Translations under genes and position numbers: made by a program
In this document: positions 28,854-40,140 of the stretch, piece after piece
How the letters are laid out: every line of letters begins with the position of its first letter
Numbering within the stretch: position 1 is the stretch's first letter
The notes under the pieces: generated by a model
Seen by the model: only the letters and a program-made list of their open reading frames with translations
The model's database searches: none
Told to the model about the DNA's origin: nothing
Assembly: GCA_002718195.1 (NCBI GenBank)
Contig: PBDU01000018.1
Span: 16,108-80,107, forward strand
Direction: 5' to 3'
DNA length: 64,000 nt
Source: Methanobacteriota archaeon
Lineage (GTDB): Archaea > Thermoplasmatota > Poseidoniia > Poseidoniales > Poseidoniaceae

Positions 28854-30260
28854 ATGAGCGACGAAGCAAGAGAAGCGGTAGGAGATTACCAATTCGGATT
28901 TCATGACCCTGAGCACTCAACCATTAGGTTTGACAAAGGACTCAGTGAACAAGTTGTGAGAGATATCTCCGAACTAAAAGATGAGCCTGAATGGATGACT
29001 GAAATTAGGGTCAAAGCATTTCATCACTTCATGAAGGTAGAGATGCCGAAGTGGGGGAATACCGAATTGCTAGAATCAATCAATTTTGATAATGTTACAT
29101 ATTTCTTGAGGTCAAGTGACAAGACCGAGAAATCATGGGACGATGTTCCTGAGGATATCAAAAATACGTTCAATAGACTAGGAATTCCAGAGGCAGAACA
29201 AAAATGGCTTGGTGGTGTTACTGCTCAATATGAATCAGAAGCAGTATACCATTCAATTCGAGAAGATCTTGAAGAACAAGGAGTGATATTCCTTGACATG
29301 GATTCAGGTCTGAAGCAGTACCCTGAAATTGTGAAGGAATACTTCAACTCCGTTGTCCCTTATACCGACAATAAATTCTCAGCATTGAATACCGCTGTTT
29401 GGTCTGGAGGTTCATTCATTTACGTTCCAAGTGGCGTTAATGTGGAAATGCCTGTTCAATCATACTTTAGAATAAATTCGAAGAACATGGGTCAATTTGA
29501 AAGAACTCTTATCGTAGTGGATGAGGGCTCATCACTGCATTATGTAGAAGGATGCACTGCTCCAACATATTCTACTGATTCATTGCACGCTGCAGTTGTA
29601 GAATTAGTAGCCCTAAAAGGTGCTAAAATCAGATATTCGACAATCCAAAATTGGTCTGCAAATGTGTACAATTTGGTGACTAAGAGGGCTGTTGCACATG
29701 AAGATGCAACTATCGAATGGGTTGATGGAAACATTGGCTCTAAATTGACAATGAAGTATCCTGCGGTTATTCTCAAGGGAGAGCGCTCCCATGCTGAGGT
29801 AATTTCAGTCGCATATGCAGGCAAAGGTCAACATCAAGACGCTGGTTCAAAGGTTCACCACTTAGCAAGCCACACAACCTCTAACATTCTATCTAAATCA
29901 ATTTCAAAAGATGGAGGAAGATCGACTTACAGAGGCATGCTGCAAGTTCTTCCAAAAGCTAAAGGCTGCAAATCAAAAGTAGTTTGTGATGCATTAATGC
30001 TTGATGAATATAGCCAGTCGGACACATACCCAACAATGGAGGTTGGTAATTCTTCAGCAGATTTAGAACACGAAGCGAGTGTTTCCAAGGTTAGCGATTC
30101 ACAATTGTTCTACCTGATGAGTAGAGGATTGAATGAAGAGCAGGCTATGGGAATTATAGTTAACGGATTCTTTGAGCCATTCACTAGAGAGTTACCGATG
30201 GAATATGCATCTGAATTGAACAAATTGCTCAATATCGAGATGGAGGGTTCCATTGGATGA
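28854..30260 (+). CDS. sufB: Fe-S assembly protein SufB
   Basis: [48 protein letters not shown]. Confidence 0.96.
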   Translation: MSDEAREAVGDYQFGFHDPEHSTIRFDKGLSEQVVRDISELKDEPEWMTEIRVKAFHHFMKVEMPKWGNTELLESINFDNVTYFLRSSDKTEKSWDDVPEDIKNTFNRLGIPEAEQKWLGGVTAQYESEAVYHSIREDLEEQGVIFLDMDSGLKQYPEIVKEYFNSVVPYTDNKFSALNTAVWSGGSFIYVPSGVNVEMPVQSYFRINSKNMGQFERTLIVVDEGSSLHYVEGCTAPTYSTDSLHAAVVELVALKGAKIRYSTIQNWSANVYNLVTKRAVAHEDATIEWVDGNIGSKLTMKYPAVILKGERSHAEVISVAYAGKGQHQDAGSKVHHLASHTTSNILSKSISKDGGRSTYRGMLQVLPKAKGCKSKVVCDALMLDEYSQSDTYPTMEVGNSSADLEHEASVSKVSDSQLFYLMSRGLNEEQAMGIIVNGFFEPFTRELPMEYASELNKLLNIEMEGSIG

Positions 30261-31318
30261 TGTATCAAAAAATGCAAAGTCCACCAAGATACAACCACCT
30301 CTGGAAGTACACCCCTTGGAGGGAGGTATCTCCAGGTAAGTTATCGGACAAACCGGAATTCCAAGAATCTGGTTTAGTTTATCTTAATTCTGAAAGCGAG
30401 CAATCGATGGGTTTCTCTGTACAAACAGAGGGTTCTGTTCCTCTATCCAGCGAAGATATAGCACGTGCATGTTTGTCCCAAGAGGCAACTAAAACACATG
30501 TAATTGATTTGAACGGGAACGAGGATATGGTAAATTTGAGAATTGATGCCAATTCGGAATTTTCTATAATGAGGATTCATTTCAACGTAAAGCAGTCATC
30601 AAAAGTTTGCGTGGAGGTAGTTGGTACTGCCTCCTGGTTCGGGCTTTTGATAACAGGGAAAATAAATTCAAATTGTCACTTTGATTTTGGTTATTCAGAG
30701 AAGCTTCCTGAGTCTTCAAGAGTTGTTAGATGCGAGGATTGGAGGTTAAACAGAAGCTCAGTCTTTAACATGGCAGGATTATCTACTCAATCATTTAGGC
30801 GCAAATCAGACCTAAGAATCTCATTGGAGGAAAGTTCTTCAGAGTTCTATGGTAGTCTCGCAGTTCATGGTCTTGGAAGTAAGAAAGATGATACTCACGT
30901 AGAAATCGATCATCAAGTTGGTAATACATTCTCTGATTTGAATATCAAAACTGCATGCGATGAAAGCAGTCGCAGTATCTCTACGGGTAGGTTGTACATC
31001 AGAGAAGGAGCAGACGGAGTCGACTCGGGTCAGGTTTTCCGAAATCTTTTGCTTAGCGAAAAAGCAAGGGCTGATTCAATACCTGAGTTGGAGGTTTACG
31101 CAGATGATGTGCAAGCCCGTCACGGTGCGGCAAGTGCTCCTGTTGATGAAGAGTTGATTTACTATCTAATGAGTAGAGGTTTAGACAGAGAAAATTCAAT
31201 ATCTACACTTGTTGAAGGTTTCTTAGCAGATGCTTATAGTAACTTGAAAAGCGAGAAATTAAGAGAAGAGATGAGAACTAGGCTTAGGATTCATCTTGAC
31301 TGCCTAGCAAATCATTGA
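30257..31318 (+). CDS. sufD: Fe-S assembly protein SufD
   Basis: [28 protein letters not shown]; operon position. Confidence 0.9.
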   Translation: MMYQKMQSPPRYNHLWKYTPWREVSPGKLSDKPEFQESGLVYLNSESEQSMGFSVQTEGSVPLSSEDIARACLSQEATKTHVIDLNGNEDMVNLRIDANSEFSIMRIHFNVKQSSKVCVEVVGTASWFGLLITGKINSNCHFDFGYSEKLPESSRVVRCEDWRLNRSSVFNMAGLSTQSFRRKSDLRISLEESSSEFYGSLAVHGLGSKKDDTHVEIDHQVGNTFSDLNIKTACDESSRSISTGRLYIREGADGVDSGQVFRNLLLSEKARADSIPELEVYADDVQARHGAASAPVDEELIYYLMSRGLDRENSISTLVEGFLADAYSNLKSEKLREEMRTRLRIHLDCLANH

Positions 31319-31327
31319 GGTGGAAAT

Positions 31328-32524
31328 GTGGTCGTACCTAGAACTGATTTTCCAATCCTGAACAGGGAGATTCATGGTAAGAAATTAGTATATCTCGATA
31401 ATGCGGCTACGACTCAAAAGCCAAAGGTAGTAATCGATGCTATGAATAATTATTATGAGAATTATAATTCAAATGTTCATAGAGCAGTACATCTAATGGC
31501 TGGTGAAGCAACCGATTCTTATGAGTCATGTAGGACTACCTTGAAGAATTGGTTCAACGCTGAAAGGGCTATCTTCACATCTGGGACTACTGAAGCAATC
31601 AATTTGGCTGCACACGCATGGGGTAAAGAAAATCTCAGGTCAGGAGATGTAGTATTGATGACTGAGATGGAGCATCACTCCGACATAGTTCCCTGGCAAC
31701 TTCTTGCTGACGACTTAGATATAGAATTAAGATATATCCCTGTGAAGGAAGACTTCACTTTAGATTTGGAGGCCTTTGATGCCTCTTTGGATGGTGTGAA
31801 ATTAGTGTGTATCGTACACACATCCAATGTATTAGGCGTCAGAAATCCGATAGAGTACGTAATCGAAAAATCTCACTCCATAGGTGCGAAAGTACTGATT
31901 GACGCTGCTCAAGGTGTTCCGCATAAACAGATTGACTTCGAAAAATCTGGTGCCGATTTTATGGCTATGTCCGCTCATAAGATGATGGGTCCAACTGGAA
32001 TAGGGGCACTCCTAGTCACAGAAGAAATATTTCAGTCCATGAGACCGTTTATGGGTGGAGGAGATATGATTCAGACGGTCACTCTTAAAGGATCAACATA
32101 CCAAGACAATGAGCACAAGTTCGAAGCAGGTACTCCTAAAATTGCAGAAGCAATTGGCTGGAAGGCAGCCTTAGATTACATGGCAAATATCGATTTGGAA
32201 GCAGAACACTCAAGACTAGTCGAAATAGCGAAATGGACTTCAAGTCAACTTGAGGACTTGGGTGCAACAATCTATGGCAGATATTCTGAACAAGATGCTG
32301 CAGTGGTCTCATTCTTATTCGATAATTTACATCCTGAAGATTTAGCTCATTACTTGGATGCGATGGGATTTGCAATAAGAACGGGTCACCATTGTGCTCA
32401 ACCATTACTTGAGAGACTTGGAGTTAAAGGCACAGCCAGGGCATCGTTTTACCTTTACAACACAATGGAAGAAGCAGTTGAATTTATTGAAGCAGTAAAA
32501 TACGTCCTGGAAAAGTTCGGTTAG
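31328..32524 (+). CDS. sufS: Cysteine desulfurase SufS
   Basis: YLDNAATTQKP, EHHS, SAHKMMGPTG, RTGHHCAQP. Confidence 0.95.
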   Translation: MVVPRTDFPILNREIHGKKLVYLDNAATTQKPKVVIDAMNNYYENYNSNVHRAVHLMAGEATDSYESCRTTLKNWFNAERAIFTSGTTEAINLAAHAWGKENLRSGDVVLMTEMEHHSDIVPWQLLADDLDIELRYIPVKEDFTLDLEAFDASLDGVKLVCIVHTSNVLGVRNPIEYVIEKSHSIGAKVLIDAAQGVPHKQIDFEKSGADFMAMSAHKMMGPTGIGALLVTEEIFQSMRPFMGGGDMIQTVTLKGSTYQDNEHKFEAGTPKIAEAIGWKAALDYMANIDLEAEHSRLVEIAKWTSSQLEDLGATIYGRYSEQDAAVVSFLFDNLHPEDLAHYLDAMGFAIRTGHHCAQPLLERLGVKGTARASFYLYNTMEEAVEFIEAVKYVLEKFG

Positions 32525-32532
32525 GTGAGAGC

Positions 32533-32931
32533 GTGAACGAGGCACTTGAGGAGATTCTTGATGAATTTGAAGAAATCGAGGATAGAATGGAAAAATTTGA
32601 ATTCCTGCATGATCTTTCCGATGAATTAAACCAATTGCCTACTGAAGAATGGACTGATTCCACAAGAATCGATGGCTGTCAGAGTGAAGCCCATGTAAAG
32701 GTCTGGATTGATTCTGGTCTTGTTCAATTTCGAGGGGGAGCAGATGCTTCGATTGTAGCTGGACTAATGGGTATAATTTCCATTGCAGTTCATGGGCAAA
32801 CAGTTGAATATGTAAGAGCCCTTCAACCAGAATTCCTTGCCAGGACAGGTCTACTAAATTCCCTAACCCCTTCTCGGTCCAATGGATTCAGAAATATATT
32901 TTCAAGAGTCAAAATAGCAATAGGTGAGTAA
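32533..32931 (+). CDS. sufE: Sulfur acceptor SufE
   Basis: GCQS, DASIVAGL, LTPSRSNG. Confidence 0.9.
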   Translation: MNEALEEILDEFEEIEDRMEKFEFLHDLSDELNQLPTEEWTDSTRIDGCQSEAHVKVWIDSGLVQFRGGADASIVAGLMGIISIAVHGQTVEYVRALQPEFLARTGLLNSLTPSRSNGFRNIFSRVKIAIGE

Positions 32932-33250
32932 AATGGTTACCAAGCAAGACGTACTAGATTCTCTGCAAGAAGTATTTGACCCAGAATTACAAATTACCAT
33001 AGTGGAATTAGGACTTGTTTATGACGTCAAGTTTGAACAAAAAGAGGAGGGTACTCATGCTGAAATAGATTTGACTCTAACAAGCCCGGGATGTCCTGTG
33101 GCTCCGGAAATAATGGCTAACACTCATAGAGCTGCATTGAAAACCGAGGGAGTAGATTCCGTGCATGTGAACCTTGTTTGGAGTCCAAGATGGGATCCAA
33201 AAATTCATGCATCAGATGATGCTAAAATGGACATGGATATCTGGGATTGA
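32924..33250 (+). CDS. sufT: SufT/DUF59 (MIP18) Fe-S maturation protein
   Basis: DPEL...IVELGLVY...TLTSPGCP...W. Confidence 0.9.
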   Translation: MSKMVTKQDVLDSLQEVFDPELQITIVELGLVYDVKFEQKEEGTHAEIDLTLTSPGCPVAPEIMANTHRAALKTEGVDSVHVNLVWSPRWDPKIHASDDAKMDMDIWD

Positions 33251-34366
33251 TTATCTCTTTGTCACAATAGTCAACAAATCACCATCTTTCAAAAGGTGGT
33301 CTATTCCAACCCTCTGCCAATCGAATTTAGCACTTGGTCCCTTGACTTTTGCATATCTGAATTTCCTGACGAAATCTCTGTGTAATTTATTACAAATAGT
33401 CTCAACAGTAGAGTCGTCTTTTACTATCAGTGGTTCCTCTAAGTCTGCTTCGCCACCCTGGGGCTTCAAAAATACCCTCATGAAACCTAGATTATCATAG
33501 ATGAAGTCCTTCAATTCTTCTAATCCCCATTCCTTGAAAGCAGATATTCGCATAATAGGCCAACCTTCAGGAAGGGTAGATTCTGAATGTTGCAGTTGTT
33601 CTTCAGTTGCTAAATCTATCTTGTTAATTGCAACAACCGCTTTTTCATAAACTCGATTTTGTGCTAAAGCATCAACAATTTGTTCTGCGGTAGCGTTGTG
33701 TCGAAGTGTTACAAGAGCGCTAGTATAGCCAAACATTCGAATGATATCACCCATCTCTTCAGTGGTTAGGTGAGTTTGTTCTATGGTTGTACGAATGTCT
33801 ATCCCACCTTTGTCGACTCTCTTAATGAAAACAGGAGGTCGGGTTTCATTCAATCTCAATCCAGCATTATGCAATTCCCTGTAAAGAACGTTGAAGTGAG
33901 AATCTTGGAAAGGATCTACAATGAACAAAACCATGTCGGCAGCCCTAATTACACCAATGATTTCTTTTCCTCTGCCTTTTCCTTCAGCAGCACCTTTAAT
34001 CAGCCCAGGCAAGTCCAAAATTTGGATTTTAGCACCCCTGTGCTCCATTAATCCAGGAATGCAAGTAAGGGTAGTAAAAGCGAAGTTTCCTGCCTCTGAG
34101 TCCGCACCGGTTACCTTAGTGATCAGTGTAGATTTACCAACGCTAGGGAAACCAACAAGGGCTACTGTAGCATCACCTGACTTTTTTACTTCAAATCCTT
34201 TTGCTGGACCACTAGCTCTGCTGCTTGCAGCTACTTTCTCTTCCTTCAGTTTTAATTGCGCAATCTTCGCTTTAAGTCTTCCAATGTGGGCATTGGTTGC
34301 TTTGTTTTTCTGGGTTTTATGTATTTCATCATAGAGTGCCTGGATTTGCTCTTTGATAGTAGCCAT
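33251..34366 (-). CDS. DRG-family OBG GTPase with TGS domain
   Basis: TQKNKAT, GFPSVGKST, FTTLTCIPG, DLPG, NKID, C-terminal TGS. Confidence 0.93.
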   Translation of the reverse strand: MATIKEQIQALYDEIHKTQKNKATNAHIGRLKAKIAQLKLKEEKVAASSRASGPAKGFEVKKSGDATVALVGFPSVGKSTLITKVTGADSEAGNFAFTTLTCIPGLMEHRGAKIQILDLPGLIKGAAEGKGRGKEIIGVIRAADMVLFIVDPFQDSHFNVLYRELHNAGLRLNETRPPVFIKRVDKGGIDIRTTIEQTHLTTEEMGDIIRMFGYTSALVTLRHNATAEQIVDALAQNRVYEKAVVAINKIDLATEEQLQHSESTLPEGWPIMRISAFKEWGLEELKDFIYDNLGFMRVFLKPQGGEADLEEPLIVKDDSTVETICNKLHRDFVRKFRYAKVKGPSAKFDWQRVGIDHLLKDGDLLTIVTKR

Positions 34367-34420
34367 AGCACTCCCCCCAAAACCAATGCCGTAGTACCAT
34401 ATTCTTCAATCTCCCGCTGA

Positions 34421-34822
34421 TTGTCCACCTTATCGATTAGAAAAAGTCAATACAGAGATTCATGTGGTTATTTCATGGACTATGTTTGTCCCAACATAGG
34501 GCTTCTACCAATATGGGATGAGTTGACAAAACATTGTAAGAAATATGAGGCAATTATGTCGATTAAGAAAGATGAAATCGGATATTATAGATTGGAAACT
34601 CCGTCTAAGAAACCCTTCATTGCGACCTGTGTTCAGAAAAAGCATGTTGGATTATATTCGGTAGTTATGTATAGGCATCCGCAAGTAATTCCTAAAGAAC
34701 TAGAGGATTTCAGAATAGGTAAGTCCTGCATGGGATTTGTTGATTTTGACGAGAGTTTTGACTTAATCCCTCAATTGCTTGACAATATCTTCCAGCATTA
34801 TGCGAGTACTGAAAAATTCTGA
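34421..34822 (+). CDS. DUF1801-like protein
   Basis: QKKHVGLY and GKSC motifs; start codon uncertain. Confidence 0.5.
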   Translation: MSTLSIRKSQYRDSCGYFMDYVCPNIGLLPIWDELTKHCKKYEAIMSIKKDEIGYYRLETPSKKPFIATCVQKKHVGLYSVVMYRHPQVIPKELEDFRIGKSCMGFVDFDESFDLIPQLLDNIFQHYASTEKF

Positions 34823-34833
34823 AGGGTGAAAAA

Positions 34834-35523
34834 ATGGGATTGGAAGTAGTTTGCAGGCTAGTACATGCTCCTACTTTTGATGAGATATGCTCAATGAGTT
34901 GGGAGGATGTTTATGCTTCTCTGGAATCTAATGAATTAAGGAAGTTGAGACCTGAAAAAGATGAGCGTCTTGAAAGGAAATTTGACATCGATGCAGAAGC
35001 AGAACTTCTTGATTGGATGGATTCATTTAACCATAAGATATCGAATAGGGCAAATTCATTTTTAGATTGTTTATCGGGGATTAATGATTCAACAGACGGT
35101 TTGCTTTTGATCTCTGAATGGTGCAGCGTCGGTGCTTGGGAAGTTTGGGAAGCAAGGGCTATCCTGTATTTTGAGAATGCAACTGGCGAGCGTGTTGAAA
35201 ACTCTAATGACTTAATCTCTTTAGATACATGGACTCAAATTTTTGAATCCTTGAATGGAATGAATGAGTCTGAATTTTCTGATAAAGTCTGCATGGATTG
35301 GATGCAGAGAAGGCTAGACTTGGGAGAGACCTTGGATGAAACTAAAGATCCAAGAATAGCACCTACATTTGAGGCTCATAGCAGAAATAGTAAAACCTTA
35401 GTCCATGCAGTAAATGTCCTAGAAAATAATACAGAACTGAAGCCACTATTTGGTAGGGAATATCTCCCAGCGTTCCAATGGCACTATGGTTTGAAAACTC
35501 TTGGAATGATAAGTAATGAGTAA
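34834..35523 (+). CDS. Hypothetical protein
   Basis: 229 aa ORF with GGGTGA RBS; no recognised motif. Confidence 0.7.
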   Translation: MGLEVVCRLVHAPTFDEICSMSWEDVYASLESNELRKLRPEKDERLERKFDIDAEAELLDWMDSFNHKISNRANSFLDCLSGINDSTDGLLLISEWCSVGAWEVWEARAILYFENATGERVENSNDLISLDTWTQIFESLNGMNESEFSDKVCMDWMQRRLDLGETLDETKDPRIAPTFEAHSRNSKTLVHAVNVLENNTELKPLFGREYLPAFQWHYGLKTLGMISNE

Positions 35524-35568
35524 ATTTGGCGCTGGGTTCAAATCTAACCTTTTATCGCATGTAATTTG

Positions 35569-36129
35569 ATGAGCGAAGAAGATGTTGTCGAGGACCTAGT
35601 TGACTCCGATATATCTGAAGTCGAAGAAACTTCAACTGAAGGCGAGCCTGTTGAGCAGAATCAGCCCGAAGAGGTAGTTGATCCCTTAGAGGAAGCACTA
35701 CGAAGGGCTGATTTCGCTGAAAAAGAAATCGTTTACAAAGAAGCAGAAATTCAGAATTTAAGAAAGCGCTTCTTATCAGAAAAATCTGAGATGATCAAAT
35801 ATTCATCCCAAGGCCTTGCAAGAAGAATCATTCCAATCTTAGCTGATGTGGAAAGAGCCGTATCGAGTATCGAGGAAGGAGATGAATCCCCGGTTGCTCA
35901 GGGACTTAGAATGATGCATCATAAATTATTGAAAGAGCTCGAGGAGGATGGAGTCAAGAGAATCGAGACAAAGGGTCAGAAATTCGATCCTAAATGCATG
36001 GAAGCGATTACAACTATTCCTGCTAGCGATGCTTTCCCTGCAGACCAAGTAGTCGATGAACTTGAAGCAGGTTATATGTACAAAGATAGAGTTTTACAAG
36101 CGGCAAGAGTTGTTGTTGCGAGTGAATAA
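35569..36129 (+). CDS. grpE: Nucleotide exchange factor GrpE
   Basis: AEIQNLRKR, FDP..MEA, GYMYKDRVLQAARVVV. Confidence 0.92.
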   Translation: MSEEDVVEDLVDSDISEVEETSTEGEPVEQNQPEEVVDPLEEALRRADFAEKEIVYKEAEIQNLRKRFLSEKSEMIKYSSQGLARRIIPILADVERAVSSIEEGDESPVAQGLRMMHHKLLKELEEDGVKRIETKGQKFDPKCMEAITTIPASDAFPADQVVDELEAGYMYKDRVLQAARVVVASE

Positions 36130-36169
36130 ACTAAGGAAATTTAATGACTATTACCTATGATGCATTATC

Positions 36170-36424
36170 ATGGTGAAGAAGTTAGCGGGTAAAGCGGCAG
36201 GAGCCGTCGGTAAGGCAGGAAAAAAAGCTGCCAAGGAAGTTGGAAATTCAATAAAGAGAGAAATTGTTGACACCGTAACTAACCCTATCAAAGAAAAAGT
36301 CAAAGAAGAAATTAATGCTGCTACAGACAAAATCAAGACCAAAGCAAAAGAAAAAGTTCGGGAAGTTGCTAAAGAAGCGGTAAAGAGTGAATTGAAGAAA
36401 AAATTCTCTCGAAACAAGGATTAG
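36170..36424 (+). CDS. Small Lys-rich helical protein
   Basis: 84 aa, very K/A/E-rich; converges on nadM with a 4-bp overlap. Confidence 0.6.
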   Translation: MVKKLAGKAAGAVGKAGKKAAKEVGNSIKREIVDTVTNPIKEKVKEEINAATDKIKTKAKEKVREVAKEAVKSELKKKFSRNKD

Positions 36425-36975
36425 CCTACAACTGCCCCAACCATAGTGCTTAGTCGAAATAAGGCATCATTATCTATCAGCCAATCTATTACAGGTTTTG
36501 GAATTGATTCTCCTAGTACCTGCCTTACCGCTTGGTCATCGTAAATTGTTGAAACCATCTTAGCAGAGTTTCTCACTCTCCATCCTGCTAGGTTTTCTCG
36601 ATTTTGAAGAGTAATATGTATTGTCCCAAAATTTGACTTATTATACAACTCAAGAGTCATTTCATCAGAGCTGACTAGTACTCCTTCACCATGGAACTGT
36701 TTTGCATGTTCCACCCAATTAGGTGGGTCATTTATGTCCTCAATAGTTACAATATCAATTTTTAATTCAGTGTCTTGACTCTCAATCCATTGCTCTATCA
36801 TTGCTTTTCTCTCATCAGCAAACCAAGGATTAAGCATCTCTCCCCCTGCCTGAGCAGACCCTATTGCAATGGTTATCTTGTCATCTTCGCCAACAAGTTT
36901 TGCTGCTTCATTTACAAGGAATTCATGACCGATGTGAAAGGGCTGAAATCTTCCAAGGATTATGTAATTGGTCAT
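36421..36975 (-). CDS. nadM: Nicotinamide-nucleotide adenylyltransferase (NadM-like)
   Basis: GRFQPFHIGH, IGSAQ, NP....ER motifs. Confidence 0.85.
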   Translation of the reverse strand: MTNYIILGRFQPFHIGHEFLVNEAAKLVGEDDKITIAIGSAQAGGEMLNPWFADERKAMIEQWIESQDTELKIDIVTIEDINDPPNWVEHAKQFHGEGVLVSSDEMTLELYNKSNFGTIHITLQNRENLAGWRVRNSAKMVSTIYDDQAVRQVLGESIPKPVIDWLIDNDALFRLSTMVGAVVG

Positions 36976-37011
36976 CTAAAAGCCTCTGAACTATTTTGGT
37001 AATTTGTGCAT

Positions 37012-38196
37012 TCACTGGAAATAGGATTCTACATCTACTTGAGGCAAATCAACATCAAAATCTCTGAAACATTGTAGCATTCTGTTACATCCTTCTATCA
37101 TCTCAACAAGCGTTGTTTCTCCCATTGACCCAACTCTGAACATTTTTCCCTTCAAGTGGTCTTGTCCACCAATAACTTGAGTATGGTAAACATCTTTCAG
37201 TCTTGACCTCCACTTGTCGTCAACTCCACCAGGATACATGATTGCCGTAACTGAATCAGATCTTTGCTGTTCATCTGCTAATAGTTCGAATCCACAATCG
37301 AGGAATAAATTTCTCACACCGTTAGCCATTTTCGTTGCTTTATTCCATCTGCTTTCAAGCCCTTCATGTCTCAAAACCTTCAGCGCTTCAGACCAACCCA
37401 TTGCCAGATTAATTGCTGGAGTCCAAGGAGTTTGTTCATCATCTCCTTTTTTCAATGCAGGGATTAAGTCAAGATAGAATAGGGCATTATTGTCATCTTG
37501 ACCTCTTATTTTCTTCACCCTTTCAATGAAGGATTGATTAATCGCGATTGCCGCAATTCCTGACGGCCCAGCCGTACATTTTTGGGCACCGACAACCAGT
37601 GCTTCAGCATTCCATTTTTCAGGATGAACTGGCATCCCACCTATCGAGGTGATTCCATCCAAAATGAAAGCAACGTCATGTCTCTGACACATTTCTGCAA
37701 TCGCTTCTGCATCTTGTGTAATTCCTGCTGAGGTTTCGTTATGGCAGATCAAAACTGCCTCGTAAATTCCCTTTTCCAATTCCATCTCCATTTCGTAGAG
37801 GTCAAAGGCTCTGCCCCATTCATATCTCATGTGCTTTAGATTACAATATCTATCGCACATTTCGGCGACTCTCTCACCAAACTTGCCATTGGTTGGAACC
37901 AAAACTCGATCATTTCTTCTGAATCTATTTGCAACAACCATTTCCATTCCTGCAGTTCCAGAACCAGATACAACAACAACGACATAATCGTCATCTCCTG
38001 CCCAAGTATTATTTCCTCTTTTATCACTTGACGGTGATAAATTGAAGGCATATCTTAGTCCTGAATTTAATTCAGCCATGATGTCTCTGAACTCGGTGCC
38101 CCTTGCAGTGATAACAGGTGTTGCCATAGCATCTAAGCACTTTTGATTCATTCTTGTTGGGCCTGGAACGAGAAAACAATCACCATCATGGCTCAT
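37012..38196 (-). CDS. Class V PLP aminotransferase (serine-pyruvate/alanine-glyoxylate type)
   Basis: PGPT, GSGTAGME, HNETS, DGITS, GAQKC, TPWTP, FRVGSMG. Confidence 0.9.
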   Translation of the reverse strand: MSHDGDCFLVPGPTRMNQKCLDAMATPVITARGTEFRDIMAELNSGLRYAFNLSPSSDKRGNNTWAGDDDYVVVVVSGSGTAGMEMVVANRFRRNDRVLVPTNGKFGERVAEMCDRYCNLKHMRYEWGRAFDLYEMEMELEKGIYEAVLICHNETSAGITQDAEAIAEMCQRHDVAFILDGITSIGGMPVHPEKWNAEALVVGAQKCTAGPSGIAAIAINQSFIERVKKIRGQDDNNALFYLDLIPALKKGDDEQTPWTPAINLAMGWSEALKVLRHEGLESRWNKATKMANGVRNLFLDCGFELLADEQQRSDSVTAIMYPGGVDDKWRSRLKDVYHTQVIGGQDHLKGKMFRVGSMGETTLVEMIEGCNRMLQCFRDFDVDLPQVDVESYFQ

Positions 38197-38301
38197 GCTA
38201 CTAGCGTTCTGTAGACGGTTTTTGAACTAAATTATCGAATGGTATCAAATTGTGTAAATTACGATGCTTATTTTGATAGGCAAGTTGCGCCAGCATAGAC
38301 C

Positions 38302-38985
38302 ATGCTCAGCGTTGGAATCGCTATGATTCAGGGTGCCCGACATGAGCATGGGCAAGCAGTTCAACAAGCAGCAGAAGAACTAGGATTAGAAATAGAAATA
38401 ATTTATCTAAGGGAGCAAGATGATGTCAGCAATGAACTTGATTGCATAATCTTGCCTGGCGGGGAATCTACAACTATGCGACTGGTTAGCACGAATCATA
38501 ATGTTCTTCCAGCCATATTTGATTGGATAAAAGAGAACCCAGAGAAGAAAGTGCTTGGAACTTGTGCAGGTGCTATATTACTCTCAAATCCTGGAGATGG
38601 CATAGAACCTTTCATTCAAACAGGGATTTCAAGAAATGCTTGGGGTCGGCAGAGAATGTCATTCGAAGCTGAAATTGATGTTGACCTGCATGTCAAAGAA
38701 CCAGATTTGGAATCAAAACCCTTGAGCCAACTACCATTAGACAAAGACGACCATAGGCCGTTGGTAGTTAGAACTGGCGATCATGACGGATTTGAGGGTA
38801 GTTTCAACGGAGTTTTCATTAGAGCGCCAAGATTTGATTCAGAATCATGTACAGACCAAGTAATTGCCAAACTAGGTGAGGAAGTCGTCGGTGTGAAATC
38901 TGGGAATATTTTAGCTCTAACCTTCCATCCGGAGTTGACAGGAGATGCTTTTTTTCATCGCTGGTTGCTACAAAATGAGAGTTGA
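38302..38985 (+). CDS. pdxT: PLP synthase glutaminase subunit PdxT
   Basis: QGA..EH, PGGESTT, GTCAG, FIRAP, FHPELT. Confidence 0.92.
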   Translation: MLSVGIAMIQGARHEHGQAVQQAAEELGLEIEIIYLREQDDVSNELDCIILPGGESTTMRLVSTNHNVLPAIFDWIKENPEKKVLGTCAGAILLSNPGDGIEPFIQTGISRNAWGRQRMSFEAEIDVDLHVKEPDLESKPLSQLPLDKDDHRPLVVRTGDHDGFEGSFNGVFIRAPRFDSESCTDQVIAKLGEEVVGVKSGNILALTFHPELTGDAFFHRWLLQNES

Positions 38986-39015
38986 ATTCTTACGCTAAAG
39001 GAGAGTCAGGTATAC

Positions 39016-40095
39016 ATGCGCTTGAGAATGGCAACTGAAATCCTGCCCCCAGAAGAGGGTGAGGCAGAGGGTTGCATTCAATGCCAAGAAGGCAGTAAGA
39101 TGGTCTTGTTTGTGACAGGAAAGTGTCATTGGGGATGCGATTATTGTCCTTTGAGCGACAATCGCAGGGAATCTCCTGATATGTTTGCAAATGAGCGTAG
39201 GTGCACGGATTTTTCAGAGGTAATTCAAGAAGCTAGGGCTATGAATGCTACTGGAACAGGCATCACTGGTGGAGATCCATTGCTTGATGCTCAAAAGAGT
39301 ATTGAAGCAATATCTGTGCTCAAGGCAGAGTTAGGAAAACAACATCACATTCACATGTATACATCTATTCCTTTCGAGTTAGACTTAGTTCCAAAGTTTG
39401 CAGAGGCTGGATTGGATGAAATTAGATTTCACTTATTGAATTTGAAAATCGAGAAATATCTAGATGTTATTTCAGCCTGTAGTAAGGCAGGCATATACAC
39501 AGGAGTAGAACTGCCTTGTGAGCCAGATAAACGTAATGAATTAATCGCTTTATTAGATGATCTTGATGCGAGTGATGTCTCGTTTTTGAACCTTAATGAA
39601 TTAGAAATTACCGTTGGTAATCAGGACAATATGGATGTTAGAGGATTCAATCTAAGTGGTGGAATAACCGCTGCTGCTGAAGGAAGTGCTGAACTTGCTC
39701 TTCAGTTGAAACAAATGTCTGAGAAGCTCAATTTTCACGTAAAATTCTGTACCGCTAAATACAAGGATGCTGGGCAGTTGAGAAATAGATTTAGGCGTCG
39801 AGGTCAGGCAAATTTGAGACCATATGAGGTTCTAAGCGATGATGATACTATCCTGTTTGGCGCAATTCCATGCAGAGAACAAGATTCTGAGGCTGACTTA
39901 GATGAACTAAAGAGAGAATTAGAATTGCCTGATGGATGGATAAAGTATGATTTGGACAATGAGAGGATTGAGTTACCATTGTCCGTTGCAGAAGAAATTG
40001 CAGACATGATTGAGGTCCCAGTGCAAATGATTGAAATTCATCCGACATACGAAAGATTAGAGGTAGGATTAGTACATCTTAACGAATGCCGATAA
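39016..40095 (+). CDS. Radical SAM protein (archaeal PFL-activase-like, COG2108-like)
   Basis: GCIQC..GSKMVLFVTG, CHWGCDYC, TGGDP, GLDEIRFH, NLNELE. Confidence 0.85.
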   Translation: MRLRMATEILPPEEGEAEGCIQCQEGSKMVLFVTGKCHWGCDYCPLSDNRRESPDMFANERRCTDFSEVIQEARAMNATGTGITGGDPLLDAQKSIEAISVLKAELGKQHHIHMYTSIPFELDLVPKFAEAGLDEIRFHLLNLKIEKYLDVISACSKAGIYTGVELPCEPDKRNELIALLDDLDASDVSFLNLNELEITVGNQDNMDVRGFNLSGGITAAAEGSAELALQLKQMSEKLNFHVKFCTAKYKDAGQLRNRFRRRGQANLRPYEVLSDDDTILFGAIPCREQDSEADLDELKRELELPDGWIKYDLDNERIELPLSVAEEIADMIEVPVQMIEIHPTYERLEVGLVHLNECR

Positions 40096-40140
40096 ACATC
40101 ATACGGAATCTTTGATGTAGGTTCTTGCATTGGAAGGAGC

